A stretch of DNA of 63,853 nucleotides, counting the filler, from Octopus bimaculoides (Eukaryota): assembly GCF_001194135.2 (NCBI RefSeq). It is 6 parts of 6 records of this genome, joined end to end, with 100 filler letters (N's around TTAATTAATTAA, not from the genome) between each part and the next. Parts side by side here need not be neighbours in the genome. Positions count along the whole stretch, not along the records: positions 1 to 17,866 come from NC_068984.1; positions 17,967 to 31,875 come from NC_068997.1; 4 more parts are not named here. One strand, written 5' to 3'. The position numbers and the translations under genes are program-made. This document shows positions 12,165-25,292 of this stretch, piece after piece; the stretch's first letter is position 1, and the number at the start of each line of letters is the position of its first letter. The notes beneath the pieces were generated by a model. It worked only from the letters and a program-made list of their open reading frames with translations. It did no database searches and was not told where the DNA came from.

Positions 12165-12323
12165 ATTTGCTGATCCCTTAATTATGTTTATAAATATATA
12201 TGAGCTTTTAAATAAGTTCTCCACCAATAATGGTGCTTTCATACCAATGGACTTGGTAAAAATTATTAATTGTTAATTGATTTATTAATTAATAAATTGA
12301 TAATCCTTTACCCTTTTAATTTG

Positions 12324-12375
<52 letters not shown>

Positions 12376-12852
12376 ATTGTACACAATAAAGTCAGTAAAA
12401 TTAGCATATTTAAAAGGTAGGTACCTCGGAATTAATTATTCAGGGTACTCATCTTTGGGTAAAGCGATAGTGAAGTTAATGTCATATTCAATGCAGTAAG
12501 AATTTTAAAAATTTAATTAAAAAATAATTATGGAGGGAAGAAAAGACAACAATAGTGCAATAACTAATATGAATAATTATAATTTATTTAGATTCTTGAT
12601 ATTCGCTGCATTAAATATGTTTGTACTAACTTAAATATTAATCTTCCTCGCGAATAGCGTCCCTGAGTCGTGGCGAATTTTTTTTCCGTACACCACAAAC
12701 ATGGTGGATGATAGAAGTCAATGGCTTTTCGGTTGTGAGCTGAGGTGATAACTAATCATCGAGTCAACGTCTGCTTGTTGACATTAAAATGCTTTAGTGA
12801 GTGAAAGTACATGAAACAATGAATGACGAAGTCTCTATGCGTGAGTGTGCGT

Positions 12853-12899
<47 letters not shown>

Positions 12900-13070
12900 T
12901 GTGTGTTTAGAGGGAGTGGTGGTCGCGATTCAAACAAAGAGGTCACATTCCACTCACAGACTTACTGACGACACATTCAATACTGCACCATGCCTATGCC
13001 TACACAACATATGTATATATTGTGTGTGTGTGTGTGTGTGTGTGNNNNNNNNNNCACAACATATGTATAT

Positions 13071-13108
<38 letters not shown>

Positions 13109-13231
13109 TGTGTGTGAGTGTGTGTGAGTTACGGAACAAAATTTACTTAAGGTCCAAAGCTAGGTCCAACCCATTATGTTCCAAGCGTTTTCATTGTCTC
13201 CCATCATCAATAGATATATATATATATATAC

Positions 13232-13637
13232 TCTTTACTCTTTTACTTGTTTCAGTCTTTTGACTGTGGCCATGCTGGAGCACCGCCTTTAGTCGAGCAA
13301 ATCGACCCCAGGACTTATTCTTTACAAGCCTAGTACTTATTCTATCGGTCTCTTTTGCCGAACCGCTAAGTTACGGGGACATAAACACACCAACATCGGT
13401 TGTCAAGCGATGTTGGGCGGACAAACACAGACACACAAACACATACACACATACATATATATATACATATATACGGCGGGCTTCTTTCAGTTTCCGTCTA
13501 CCAAATCCACTCATAAGGCTTTGGTCGGCCTGAGGCTATAGTAGAAGACACTTGCCCAAGGTGCCACGCAGTGGGACTGAACCCGGGACCATGTGGTTGG
13601 TAAGCAAGCTACTTACCACACAGCCACTCCTGCGCCT
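13232..13637 (-). mobile_element. tRNA-derived SINE, family A, apparently full length
   Basis: Minus-strand head AGGCGCAGGAGTGGCTGTGTGGTAAG...CCCGGGTTCAGTCCC (A/B boxes); collinear with 318-735. Confidence 0.92.
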
Positions 13638-14101
13638 CTCTCTCTCTCTTTCTTTCTGCGTGACTCTTTCTCTCTCCCACACATATGCACATATGTAAAT
13701 CAGTATATATTTATATAATATAGTCAGATGAAATCAAATATGATCTGCTACTAGTTATTATTGTAAACCAATACTTTCTGTTTCAAGTTCAAGCCCCCGG
13801 CAACTATACCATTAATACAACTCTAGGGTCTTACCCTGGCGTGTGTCCTGATAGGACAAAAATCAATAGCTGTCTACGTAAATAGGTGGACTGAATAACA
13901 ACTCAACGGTCATCCATCAAATCTACAAACAAATCGAGCGTGAGATCGGCATTACTGACATCCTTAGTAACCCTGTACTCGACCTTCTGTCTGTCTGTGT
14001 CTGTCTGTGTCCTTCTGTCTCTGTCTCTCTCTCTCTTTCTCTTTCTCTTTCTCTCTCTCCCTTAATACTTTTAACTATAACCCTTTCTCTTTTCGACGTT
14101 T

Positions 14102-14149
14102 GTCGTGCTGAAGAGTCCAGAAACTGAACGAAATAGTACTATCAACGGC
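14102..14149 (+). ncRNA. Candidate type I hammerhead ribozyme with palindromic stem III
   Basis: GTCGTG-CTGAAGA-GTCCAG-AAA-CTGAAC-GAA-ATAGTACTAT-C-AACGGC. Core intact; stem II 5/6 pairs; stem III a perfect 10-nt palindrome; AUC cleavage triplet; stem I 5/6 pairs. Confidence 0.65.
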
Positions 14150-14674
14150 TACCATAGATTTTAAGGACTTTATCTCATAAAGGTATAAAAGAATTATATG
14201 AAAATATATGTATGGTCTTTTGCCTAATTGGTAATGATTTCTCAACATGAAAAATAACAAGTGATCCTCTCTCTTTAAGTAACAATTCTCAGTAATTCTA
14301 CCACGCCTTCTCTTATCATGTCTTATCTTCCTAATCTTTTTGAACTGACATATATTGATAAACACTGTTTTCTACTTAGCTACATATCAGTGTCTTCTAA
14401 TGAAAACAACTTAAATTCGCTCCGCGGGTTTCTTAAAACTTGTGGTAGTCTATACACATCCAATATTATCAGACTTCATTAGATAATATGCATGTTTATA
14501 GCATTAGTATTATCCGAAACGGCTGTAAAGAAAGACCTCATTACATCATATAATTATATATCCAATTTTCAACGTGAATGTATTTTTACACCGACTATTA
14601 TTTGTCTGTCTCTTTTCTGCTTATACATACATACATACATACGTACATACATACATATATACATACACACATAT

Positions 14675-15638
14675 AAAAAATATATCTTGCAATGGCACCA
14701 ATTACAAAACACGTGTCACTAAAGAATATCACAGCCGAATAAAGAAAATTTGGACCTCAGAAATTTCTGCATTCAATAAAAACATTGGCCCACAATGTGT
14801 TTGCAGTGCCAGTACTCATACAACCATTTGGGCTGCTTGATTGGACGCTTGATGAGATCCGAGCCATTGATGTGTAAACCTGAAAAATACTAACAAGCGC
14901 ACATAATTTCCTCATAAACAGTGATGCAGACCGCTTCTACCTAGAACGAAAAGAAGGCGGCAGAGACTTAACATCAATCCAAAATGCCTTTGAATGTTGT
15001 ATCATATCCCTTCGGCAACATCTTTTTACCACCAAATGTCGAAGTGCATCCCTTCCCCAAGTTTGCATACATGAGGCTGATAACATCATAAGACTTGGAA
15101 GGCAGCTCCTTGAGCAACACTCTCTGTCTGATAACCTAGAATACATGCCCAAAGAAGTCGTACGATTCTACCACAACGTATCATCTGATGAAAGGATGAG
15201 CCTGTATGAGCAGAAGACTATGCATGGATATGTTAGTAGAAAGCTCCGTGATGATAGTAACATCGATCATCAAAGCAGTTTATCATGGACAAATAGCCGG
15301 ATTACTACCCCTCACATTGAAGGGTATGCGTTTGCAATCCAGGAACAGGAAATATCAACCAAGTACCTGATGCGCAAAAGGGATAGAGATGCGGGAAAAA
15401 CCGTAAAATGTGACAACCGATGCAGACTTTGTGGAGTTCACACTGAAGATATCACCCACATCATAAGCAGTTGTCCGAAATGTCATCACGGTATTATCTA
15501 TCGATGAGACATGACGTTGTTGCCAGGACACTCTGTAATGAAATCCGTTGGAAGGATAATCCCGAGGACAATGAAATAAAAACCCCAAATATGGTATAAG
15601 CCATAGCTACTCATAATAAAAACGAATATTGGTGGATA
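14675..15638 (+). mobile_element. R4/Dong-type (restriction-like endonuclease) LINE fragment: RT C-terminus, CCHC zinc finger, start of RLE
   Basis: KEYHSRIKKIWTSEISAFNK; DRFYLERKEGGRDL; EGYAFAIQEQEISTKY; CRLCGVHTEDITHIISSCPK followed by RHDVVA and EYWW; frameshifts and stops present. Confidence 0.85.
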
Positions 15639-15654
15639 TGTATATATATATATA

Positions 15655-15842
15655 TATAGTTAAAAAAAACAATAACAAAAAAACAACAAAGTGAGGACGT
15701 GATATGGATAGTATTATTGGACGCTCAGGAAAGGAAAGAGAGAGTGTATGACGTTTCGGGCGTAGCCCTTCGTCGGAAAGATGGAAAGTTCGGAGAATGG
15801 AAGAACGGAGAAAGAGGAAAATGGTACCGATGCCCACGAGGT
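15655..15842 (-). mobile_element. Penelope-like terminal repeat fragment with hammerhead-like motif (15746-15780)
   Basis: Minus strand CTTT-CCGACGA-A-GGGC-TAC-GCCC-GAAA-CGTC-ATAC; homologous to 11780-11995. Confidence 0.55.
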
Positions 15843-16317
15843 NNNNNNNNNNNNNNNNNNNNNNNNNNNNNNNNNNNNNNNNNNNNNNNNNNNNNNNNNN
15901 NNNNNNNNNNNNNNNNNNNNNNNNNNNNNNNNNNNNNNNNNNNNNNNNNNNNNNNNNNNNNNNNNNNNNNNNNNNNNNNNNNNNNNNNNNNNNNNNNNNN
16001 NNNNNNNNNNNNNNNNNNNNNNNNNNNNNNNNNNNNNNNNNNNNNNNNNNNNNNNNNNNNNNNNNNNNNNNNNNNNNNNNNNNNNNNNNNNNNNNNNNNN
16101 NNNNNNNNNNNNNNNNNNNNNNNNNNNNNNNNNNNNNNNNNNNNNNNNNNNNNNNNNNNNNNNNNNNNNNNNNNNNNNNNNNNNNNNNNNNNNNNNNNNN
16201 NNNNNNNNNNNNNNNNNNNNNNNNNNNNNNNNNNNNNNNNNNNNNNNNNNNNNNNNNNNNNNNNNNNNNNNNNNNTATATATATATATATATATATATAC
16301 AGATATATACATGCATA

Positions 16318-16349
<32 letters not shown>

Positions 16350-16352
<3 letters not shown>

Positions 16353-16560
16353 TTATCATCATCATCGATTGACTTCTGTTTTCCATACTGGCATGGGTTG
16401 GACGGTTTGACTGAGGTCTGGAGAGCCAGCGGTCGCGCCAAGCTCCAATCTGGTCTGGCAGAGTTTCTACGGTTGGATGTCCTTCTAACGGCAACCACTC
16501 CGAGATAGTAGTTAGTGCTTTGTACGTGCCACCGCCTCAAGAGACGGTCAAGCGGACCTG
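16350..16560 (-). mobile_element. SINE-like or RTE-tail repeat with (ATG)n tail
   Basis: Begins in a (CAT)n run on +; contains GGATGTCCTTCTAACGGCAACC, resembling the reverse of RTE-type 3' tails. Confidence 0.45.
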
Positions 16561-17480
16561 GCATCGACCACACACACACACAGACATATATATATACGTG
16601 CGCACGCTCACACGCTCACGCACATACATATACACTTACACATACATGCATACATATATATATATATATATAACATTTTTTATTATTCTCAAAGACTTTT
16701 GATAATCTTTTTCTAAAANNNNNNNNNNTATATGGATATGTGGATATATGAATATATTATGCACAACACACCATAAATCAGAAAAACTCAAAATATTTTA
16801 TTTGCATGTAGAAATATATACAAATCATGCATGTGTGTGTGTGTATGTGTGTATGTATGAGTGCATGTTTGCATGCAAGCATGTATACAATTATACATAC
16901 ATACATACCGATCTATACATCTTTACGCATACTTAAATACACATATACATATCTACAGAAAAATATACAAAAGCTGTTTATTAATTAGTTTGGAGTGTGT
17001 GCTAAAAGGAAGCAATCATTAATCTACACTGTCTAGAAAATTCTTTAAAATTCCAATTCTAACGATTCTTTTCTTACTGAAGATTCCAACAACGGAAATA
17101 CAATTCTAATTTTAATTCCCGGCAAGATAGCGTTTTATTAACAGTACAAGATAGTTTCCCGTTGGTGTTTATTCTTTCACTTTCTCTCTTACAAGCGATT
17201 ACGTTTCTCTCTACAGATATAGCAGTAAAAGCGTTTAACGCATTGTCAGCTAAATTATGTTAATTTCAGTATCTTTTTATATTTGTTGTGTGTTGTTGCT
17301 GAGGTCACTGTTTGTGTTATCGTAATACATCTGTAATTGTGTGTTTATATAATGTTTATATAATTATGTATTTATTTAGTGTTTATATAGTATTTTAATT
17401 AAAAAACATACAAATATACAAGGGATGGGAAAAAGTCGGTATATAATTGTTTAATACGAGTGAAATATGTTAAGAAATAG

Positions 17481-17660
17481 TGGAGGCGTTGTGAGTGTTT
17501 ATTGAGCGAAAACACCTAAAGCTCCACGATGCTCCGGTAGGGGATGGTGGCGAACCCTGCTGTACTCTTTCACCACAACTTTCTCTCACTCTTACTTCTT
17601 GTTTCTGTTGTGCCTGTAATTCAAAGGGTCAGCCTTGTCACACTGTGTCACGTTGAATAT
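17481..17660 (+). mobile_element. SINE family C copy lacking its tRNA head
   Basis: GGAGGCG joined directly to TTGTGAGTGTTTATTGAGCG; the body matches 41855-42240. Confidence 0.85.
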
Positions 17661-18324
17661 CGTCTAACAACGCTCACTTGGCCAGTAAATAAATTCAGAA
17701 TAATTGTGTTAGAATTTATGTAGAAATCAAATATGTCGTTGAGTTGACTTATCTCCGTAAATGTCCTCAGTTTATCTTAAACATACAAATATACAAGGGA
17801 TGGGAAAAAGTCGGTATATAATTGTTTAATACGAGTGAAATATGTTAAGAAATAGTGGAGGCGTTGNNNNNNNNNNNNNNNNNNNNNNNNNNNNNNNNNN
17901 NNNNNNNNNNTTAATTAATTAANNNNNNNNNNNNNNNNNNNNNNNNNNNNNNNNNNNNNNNNNNNNATATATATATATATATATATATAATACAAAGAAT
18001 ATATATACATGTATACACACATATATGTACATACTTACATCTACATGTGTATATACATGCATATCAGGGTACAGGACGTTAGAACAACATATATATGTAT
18101 ATATATAGAGATGGGTACGGAAAGTATACATGCATGTATACAGATACATGTGCTAGTATATACGCATAAATTTAAATGAAGCCACCCACTAGAGTGTGGT
18201 CGTATATGTCACACAGAACATTCTCAGTCAATCACAACATTGACGCAATATAGACACACACACACACATACACACACAGAGTCATATATGTATATGTTTG
18301 TAGATGTATACGTATATATATGTA

Positions 18325-18358
<34 letters not shown>

Positions 18359-19913
18359 NNNNNNNNNNNNNNNNNNNNNNNNNNNNNNNNNNNNNNNNNN
18401 NNNNNNNNNNNNNNNNNNNNNNNNNNNNNNNNNNNNNNNNNNNNNNNNNNNNNNNNNNNNNNNNNNNNNNNNNNNNNNNNNNNNNNNNNNNNNNNNNNNN
18501 NNNNNNNNNNNNNNNNNNNNNNNNNNNNNNNNNNNNNNNNNNNNNNNNNNNNNNNNNNNNNNNNNNNNNNNNNNNNNNNNNNNNNNNNNNNNNNNNNNNN
18601 NNNNNNNNNNNNNNNNNNNNNNNNNNNNNNNNNNNNNNNNNNNNNNNNNNNNNNNNNNNNNNNNNNNNNNNNNNNNNNNNNNNNNNNNNNNNNNNNNNNN
18701 NNNNNNNNNNNNNNNNNNNNNNNNNNNNNNNNNNNNNNNNNNNNNNNNNNNNNNNNNNNNNNNNNNNNNNNNNNNNNNNNNNNNNNNNNNNNNNNNNNNN
18801 NNNNNNNNNNNNNNNNNNNNNNNNNNNNNNNNNNNNNNNNNNNNNNNNNNNNNNNNNNNNNNNNNNNNNNNNNNNNNNNNNNNNNNNNNNNNNNNNNNNN
18901 NNNNNNNNNNNNNNNNNNNNNNNNNNNNNNNNNNNNNNNNNNNNNNNNNNNNNNNNNNNNNNNNNNNNNNNNNNNNNNNNNNNNNNNNNNNNNNNNNNNN
19001 NNNNNNNNNNNNNNNNNNNNNNNNNNNNNNNNNNNNNNNNNNNNNNNNNNNNNNNNNNNNNNNNNNNNNNNNNNNNNNNNNNNNNNNNNNNNNNNNNNNN
19101 NNNNNNNNNNNNNNNNNNNNNNNNNNNNNNNNNNNNNNNNNNNNNNNNNNNNNNNNNNNNNNNNNNNNNNNNNNNNNNNNNNNNNNNNNNNNNNNNNNNN
19201 NNNNNNNNNNNNNNNNNNNNNNNNNNNNNNNNNNNNNNACACACACACGCACACACGCTCACAGTTACACACACAAAGCATAGCAAAAAACAAATGCAAT
19301 AAATAAATAGATAAATAAATAAATAAAACAATGTAGAAAAAAAAATGATAATGAATAAAATGAGAAAACAGGGGAAGAAACGAATAAATGAAAGTAACAA
19401 CACCCAACAAAAAAAAAAAAACACAGATGAGAAGGAGCGAGAATAGGTAATGGTGGCATCGATGACTGGCATGGCAAGGTCGATAAACGAAATAAAGAAC
19501 AAAAACCAAAAAAGAAAAAAAAAGAGAGAAAAGAAAAGGATGAAAGCGAAAGATTGCTGAAAATATAGAATGACAAAAGAAAAAAAAACAACCAAGAGAA
19601 GATGAACGAAGAGAAGAAAAAGGAGGAGGAGAAGGAGGAGGATGAAAACAAGGCTGAAATGGAGGCATGATTTATTTATGTATTTATGTTTTGGTTTTTA
19701 TTGTTTTCTGTTTTGTTTAGGCCAGACACATTAACATGGCAACATGGGCGCATATTAAATATGTACATGCATTTATGTGTGTGTGTGGGCGTGTATATGA
19801 TTGTATATATATATATATACAGTCATACGCATAGATATACACGTCTGCGTAAAGACCAAGGGAATAAGTGCTTTTACATATATAGCTACGTAGCTACGTA
19901 CATTTATATGTAA

Positions 19914-19961
<48 letters not shown>

Positions 19962-19981
19962 TATATACAAACATACATACG

Positions 19982-20047
<66 letters not shown>

Positions 20048-20351
20048 CGCACACACGCATAAATACGAGCATATACATGCTCGTCTATACATCCAATCAC
20101 GCACAAAATCATGTACTTTAACGTAAATTAGCATACACATTCACATGTGTAAATTGGCCTAAGAATTATTCCTTGTGAAAGCTAGTACGGTAATATTCTT
20201 TCACGTGTACCAGTCCTCCTACTACTTCAAGGAAAATGCATCTATTTTACGAATATTCTTCGAACCCAGTTCTTATTGTGTTGCCTTGAGCAGTTATTTT
20301 ATAGATCACCCATATACATTTGGACACTACGAAATTAATATCACGAGAGTT

Positions 20352-20420
20352 TATTAAGCAGCCGGGAATGCTAGTAGAAGGTAGCTGTTTCGTTGCAAGT
20401 TAACAACTCATCAGTAAATA
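20352..20420 (-). ncRNA. Near-complete hammerhead motif (U16.1 mutated)
   Basis: Minus strand TATTTA-CTGATGA-GTTGT-TAACTT-GCAAC-GAA-ACAGCT...GGCTG-C-T-TAATA, with AATAAA overlapping its 3' end. Confidence 0.45.
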
Positions 20421-20617
20421 CAAGGTTCCCTCTCGAAAGAAAGTTTCGTGCACTAACTAACTAATTAGGTAAATAAATGAGTAATTAATTAAATTTAACC
20501 TAAATTGCTATACAAACCACTCAATATACCGAATAAGATCTTCTTAAAGGAAATTCTAACGTAGAATGCTAGACGATGTATATATTTCTGCTAATTAATC
20601 AACCAATTTCTCCCACT

Positions 20618-20651
<34 letters not shown>

Positions 20652-20672
20652 ATATATGTATACAGATACAAG

Positions 20673-20767
<95 letters not shown>

Positions 20768-21099
20768 GTACATATGATTGCCGCATCTGGATTTCGAGCA
20801 ATGATATCAATTGAGTTTTCTTTCAAAACGCGAGTTGTAAGTGTGTGGATTTTCAGTCATGCTAGAGACCAAGATATTTGCACAGATATGGCAACGGTGG
20901 CCTCCTCTAAGAATTTTGGTATGGCCTGCAACACAAAATACAGATGCTAAAAGTCGAACGATGCCAGTGCCTGAAGCTTCGGAATGCAAGGAAACGGTTT
21001 GCACTGAGCTATATCTCTCCCTAAAGAACTCTAAAGTATTTACCCCCAAACGAGCCTACAACATTGGATGGAAACAAAGTCGAAGTTTGTTGCATATGA

Positions 21100-21345
21100 T
21101 TTTTAACTGCCCAGCCCATTGACAAATTGTATTTGTTTACAGGTTGCCAATAGCACCAAAAGTGCCCTCACACAAACACAAACACACACAGATACACACA
21201 CACACACATTTTAACCAGTCTTTGTTATGACTTTAACCGTAGCTGCTCCGCTTTGTGTTACATCAGATTTTCAACTGCCCAGGTCAGTGACAAACTGTAT
21301 TAGTTTACAGGTTGCCAATAGCACCAAAAGTGCCCTCACACACAC
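21100..21345. repeat. Tandem duplication, unit about 168 bp, ending in (CA)n
   Basis: TTTACAGGTTGCCAATAGCACCAAAAGTGCCCTCACAC occurs twice, as does the preceding AACTGCCCAG. Confidence 0.85.
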
Positions 21346-21364
21346 ACACAGAACCGCACACACA

Positions 21365-21420
<56 letters not shown>

Positions 21421-22402
21421 NNNNNNNNNNNNNNNNNNNNNNNNNNNNNNNNNNNNNNNNNNNNNNNNNNNNNNNNNNNNNNNNNNNNNNNNNNNNNNNN
21501 NNNNNNNNNNNNNNNNNNNNNNNNNNNNNNNNNNNNNNNNNNNNNNNNNNNNNNNNNNNNNNNNNNNNNNNNNNNNNNNNNNNNNNNNNNNNNNNNNNNN
21601 NNNNNNNNNNNNNNNNNNNNNNNNNNNNNNNNNNNNNNNNNNNNNNNNNNNNNNNNNNNNNNNNNNNNNNNNNNNNNNNNNNNNNNNNNNNNNNNNNNNN
21701 NNNNNNNNNNNNNNNNNNNNNNNNNNNNNNNNNNNNNNNNNNNNNNNNNNNNNNNNNNNNNNNNNNNNNNNNNNNNNNNNNNNNNNNNNNNNNNNNNNNN
21801 NNNNNNNNNNNNNNNNNNNNNNNNNNNNNNNNNNNNNNNNNNNNNNNNNNNNNNNNNNNNNNNNNNNNNNNNNNNNNNNNNNNNNNNNNNNNNNNNNNNN
21901 NNNNNNNNNNNNNGCAAAATGTTCGCCACTTCATCAATAGTCATCTATCTATCCGTTCAATAAAGCCAAAGCACGAACACTTCCAAGGTTGTCACCAGCA
22001 CAGGACAGTGGTCAGGAGTCCGACGTCGTTTTTGTCTGTGGCAAATGTGCCAACATCTTTCAATTTCGCAGTCTATTCATTCGTAGTCTGTCCACAGTGG
22101 AAAAAACTAGACTTTGATATTCTTAGGCACTAAAAAAAAAAAAAAGTAGTTAAACGATGAACTTTCTTAGAGAAAAGGGAACATGGAGTAGCTATGATAA
22201 ATGCAATTATAACAACAATTTTCTCGAAGTTTCAAAGCTATGGTGAATACAAATTCAAACATACAATGAATAGAAAGAGACCACGTCAAGTGTTAGTGGC
22301 ATAGATAGATTTTTCTCGCCAATAAGAAAAAAAGTCATAAGTGCATTGCGGATAATTACTGACTCATACCTGCGTTTAGGTATGTTTGTGTGTACATACA
22401 TG

Positions 22403-22487
<85 letters not shown>

Positions 22488-22494
22488 ATGTATA

Positions 22495-22730
22495 AATAAT
22501 GGCAAATTAATGCGAAACTTACAGCTCTTCTACCCTGACTATGAATTTTCATTTGTACCTATCATCATGGGAGCATAAGGTCATACACCAACAAATTTCC
22601 ACAAAAACTTAGAAGCACTTGGTTTCACCGAGAAGGAGGAAAAGAAACAGACACGGATTCTCCAAATCCAGTCTATTAGTGGCACAGTGAAGACACGCAA
22701 GACATTCCAGAAATCCTCCATGTGAGATCC
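22495..22730 (+). mobile_element. 3' end of an RLE-type (R4-like) LINE ORF
   Basis: Reads GKLMRNLQLFYPDYEFSFVPIIMGA*GHTPTNFHKNLEALGF...LQIQSISGTVKTRKTF, the typical P(I/V)(I/V)(V/M)GALG ... Q....GT terminal signature. Confidence 0.7.
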
Positions 22731-23534
22731 TTACGTAAATAGATGTCTACACTTGGGTGCATGCATCGACATTTCAACCAACACACCAACTCAACAACAT
22801 ATTTATAAATACGGGACGCTCTTAACTCAAAACGTCTTGTTGCTTTGTTAGCAACTGTTATCAACTCTCTCAAGAAGAACACAAATTAAACTCAAAGAAA
22901 AATCATACACACATACATGCATGCATACATACACACATACATACATATACGTGTGTATATGTATGTGTGTAAGTATGCATTAAGTTACGATTTTGTGTAT
23001 AATTTTTAGACCCAAAGAAATCAAAATATGCACAATCTCTCTTAGACAGTGTCTTCAAGGTATCCGCCAGTATCGTCCGATGAAAGCTACGAAGGCCGAA
23101 ACTATGAAGACAACAGTCATCATTCTTCTTGAAATAATAATGCCTACTCTACAAAGGTCTTGAGTAACCCTTCAGTTTAATAAATCTGAATATATATTGA
23201 GAACCCATAGAAAACGAATCTCCACCAACTATTCTGCCTTATATATCATTGCACACCTTTCAATGCAATTTATGCCAGAAGGTCTGCAAATCTGACAGAG
23301 GTCTCAAAAGACATTTTAATATCCACAAAGATCAGAACTTAACAGCAACTCTTGGTTGTCCAAATCGGATCTGCAATCTATGAAGGGGTCTTTTCAAAAC
23401 ATTTTCTGGTTTAAAAAGCCACATCAGATGCCATGATAGTTCTAAGGTGTAGGTACAGGAGGTGATCAAACTCTTCATAAGGAGTAGACAAACACCATAT
23501 ATATATATATATATATATACCTCTATAAATTTGT

Positions 23535-23600
23535 GTTGCAGATTTCTGATGTGAAACCGTGTGTTGAAACAGATATTGTTGTATTTCGGGATGACCACAT
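23535..23600. repeat. Interspersed repeat shared with about 30710-30775
   Basis: GATTTCTGATGTGAAACCGTGTGTTGAAACAGATATT vs GATTCTTAATGTGAACTCGTGTGTTGAAACCGATATT; class unknown. Confidence 0.65.
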
Positions 23601-23973
23601 TTCTTTGTCAAATGAACACATGCACTATATATTCGTTCTTCACTCATTTATTACCGTTCTTATTTTAACTCATGTCCATTGTCCAAAAAACTTTTGTCAC
23701 ACATCTGTGACCTCTTCAGCGACACTTTCCGTCTTCGTTTTTTTGTCTGATTATTCCAATATATGCAAATATACATATACTTATACAAATACAAGCACAC
23801 ACACATATGCATATCTATATTTTTCCGAATTTGTGTAAATGTGTTTGTGTGTATATATATATCAATACGTATGTATTCACATGCATAACATGTATATCTA
23901 TCTGTCTGTCTGTCTGTGTCTGCCTGTGTGTGTGTGTCTGTGTGTGTATCTGTTTGTCTAGCTCTCTATCTAC

Positions 23974-24023
<50 letters not shown>

Positions 24024-24036
24024 GTCTGTCTGTCTT

Positions 24037-24086
<50 letters not shown>

Positions 24087-24462
24087 CATCTATCTATCTA
24101 TCTATCTGTCTGTCTGTCTGTCTTTCTTTCTATCTGTCTATCTATCTATCTATCTAGACCTTTATCCCATTTCTCATATTCGTTCCGTCTTAATCTGCTT
24201 GCCTTGCCAATCTAAATATATTATCTAAGGTTCCCGGGTTTGTCTTCTGTCTTATTCACTCATTCACACTCTCCAAATTCCTTGTGTTTCTATCTATCTA
24301 CCTCCTTATTCAACTCTTACCTCTCCCTCTCTATCACTCACCCTCTCGTGTTCTTCGTCTTAATAGTCTTGCCTTTCTCTTCTTTTTTTTTCACCCTTAC
24401 ATCGTTAACTATATGCATGCATATTAGGAAAGTGCATATATCTATCTATGTCTATGCATGTG

Positions 24463-24531
<69 letters not shown>

Positions 24532-25238
24532 NNNNNNNNNNNNNNNNNNNNNNNNNNNNNNNNNNNNNNNNNNNNNNNNNNNNNNNNNNNNNNNNNNNNN
24601 NNNNNNNNNNNNNNNNNNNNNNNNNNNNNNNNNNNNNNNNNNNNNNNNNNNNNNNNNNNNNNNNNNNNNNNNNNNNNNNNNNNNNNNNNNNNNNNNNNNN
24701 NNNNNNNNNNNNNNNNNNNNNNNNNNNNNNNNNNNNNNNNNNNNNNNNNNNNNNNNNNNNNNNNNNNNNNNNNNNNNNNNNNNNNNNNNNNNNNNNNNNN
24801 NNNNNNNNNNNNNNNNNNNNNNNNNNNNNNNNNNNNNNNNNNNNNNNNNNNNNNNNNNNNNNNNNNNNNNNNNNNNNNNNNNNNNNNNNNNNNNNNNNNN
24901 NNNNNNNNNNNNNNNNNNNNNNNNNNNNNNNNNNNNNNNNNNNNNNNNNNNNNNNNNNNNNNNNNNNNNNNNNNNNNNNNNNNNNNNNNNNNATATATGT
25001 ATATATATATGTGTGTACATATATATATGTACATAAGTATATATATGTAGATATATATGTATATATATATTTATGTATATATATATATATATATATACAT
25101 ATACATACACATATTTTGGGGAAGGAAAGCAAGGTGCTGTGCAGTGCGCTTGTGTGTGCATTTACAAATAGGTGTACGTTTATCTATTTGTATGCATCTA
25201 TAATGCTGTAAACACACGCATCTATCTGTCCATTTCTG

Positions 25239-25292
<54 letters not shown>

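Noticed and set aside
17404-17866. Exact repeat of about 17404-17487 at about 17778-17866; similar short repeats flank gaps at about 13005/13055, 25417/26471 and 49886/50114
   Set aside because: Each ends at an N gap; consistent with assembly overlap artefacts.
17911-17922. TTAATTAATTAA islands inside N runs (also 31920-31931, 41143-41154, 51603-51614, 58849-58860)
   Set aside because: Identical palindromic 12-mer with TAA in all six frames, always flanked by Ns: a scaffolding linker, not biological sequence.
19265-19660. Purine-rich stretch resembling another E/K-rich exon
   Set aside because: Stops in the plus frames, homopolymer runs and no splice signals; low-complexity DNA.
23071-23118. 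CCGATGA-A-AGCTACGAAGGCC-GAAAC hammerhead-like string
   Set aside because: U4 changed, 10.1-11.1 mismatched, no convincing NUH with stems I and III; may be a very old relic but is not supportable.
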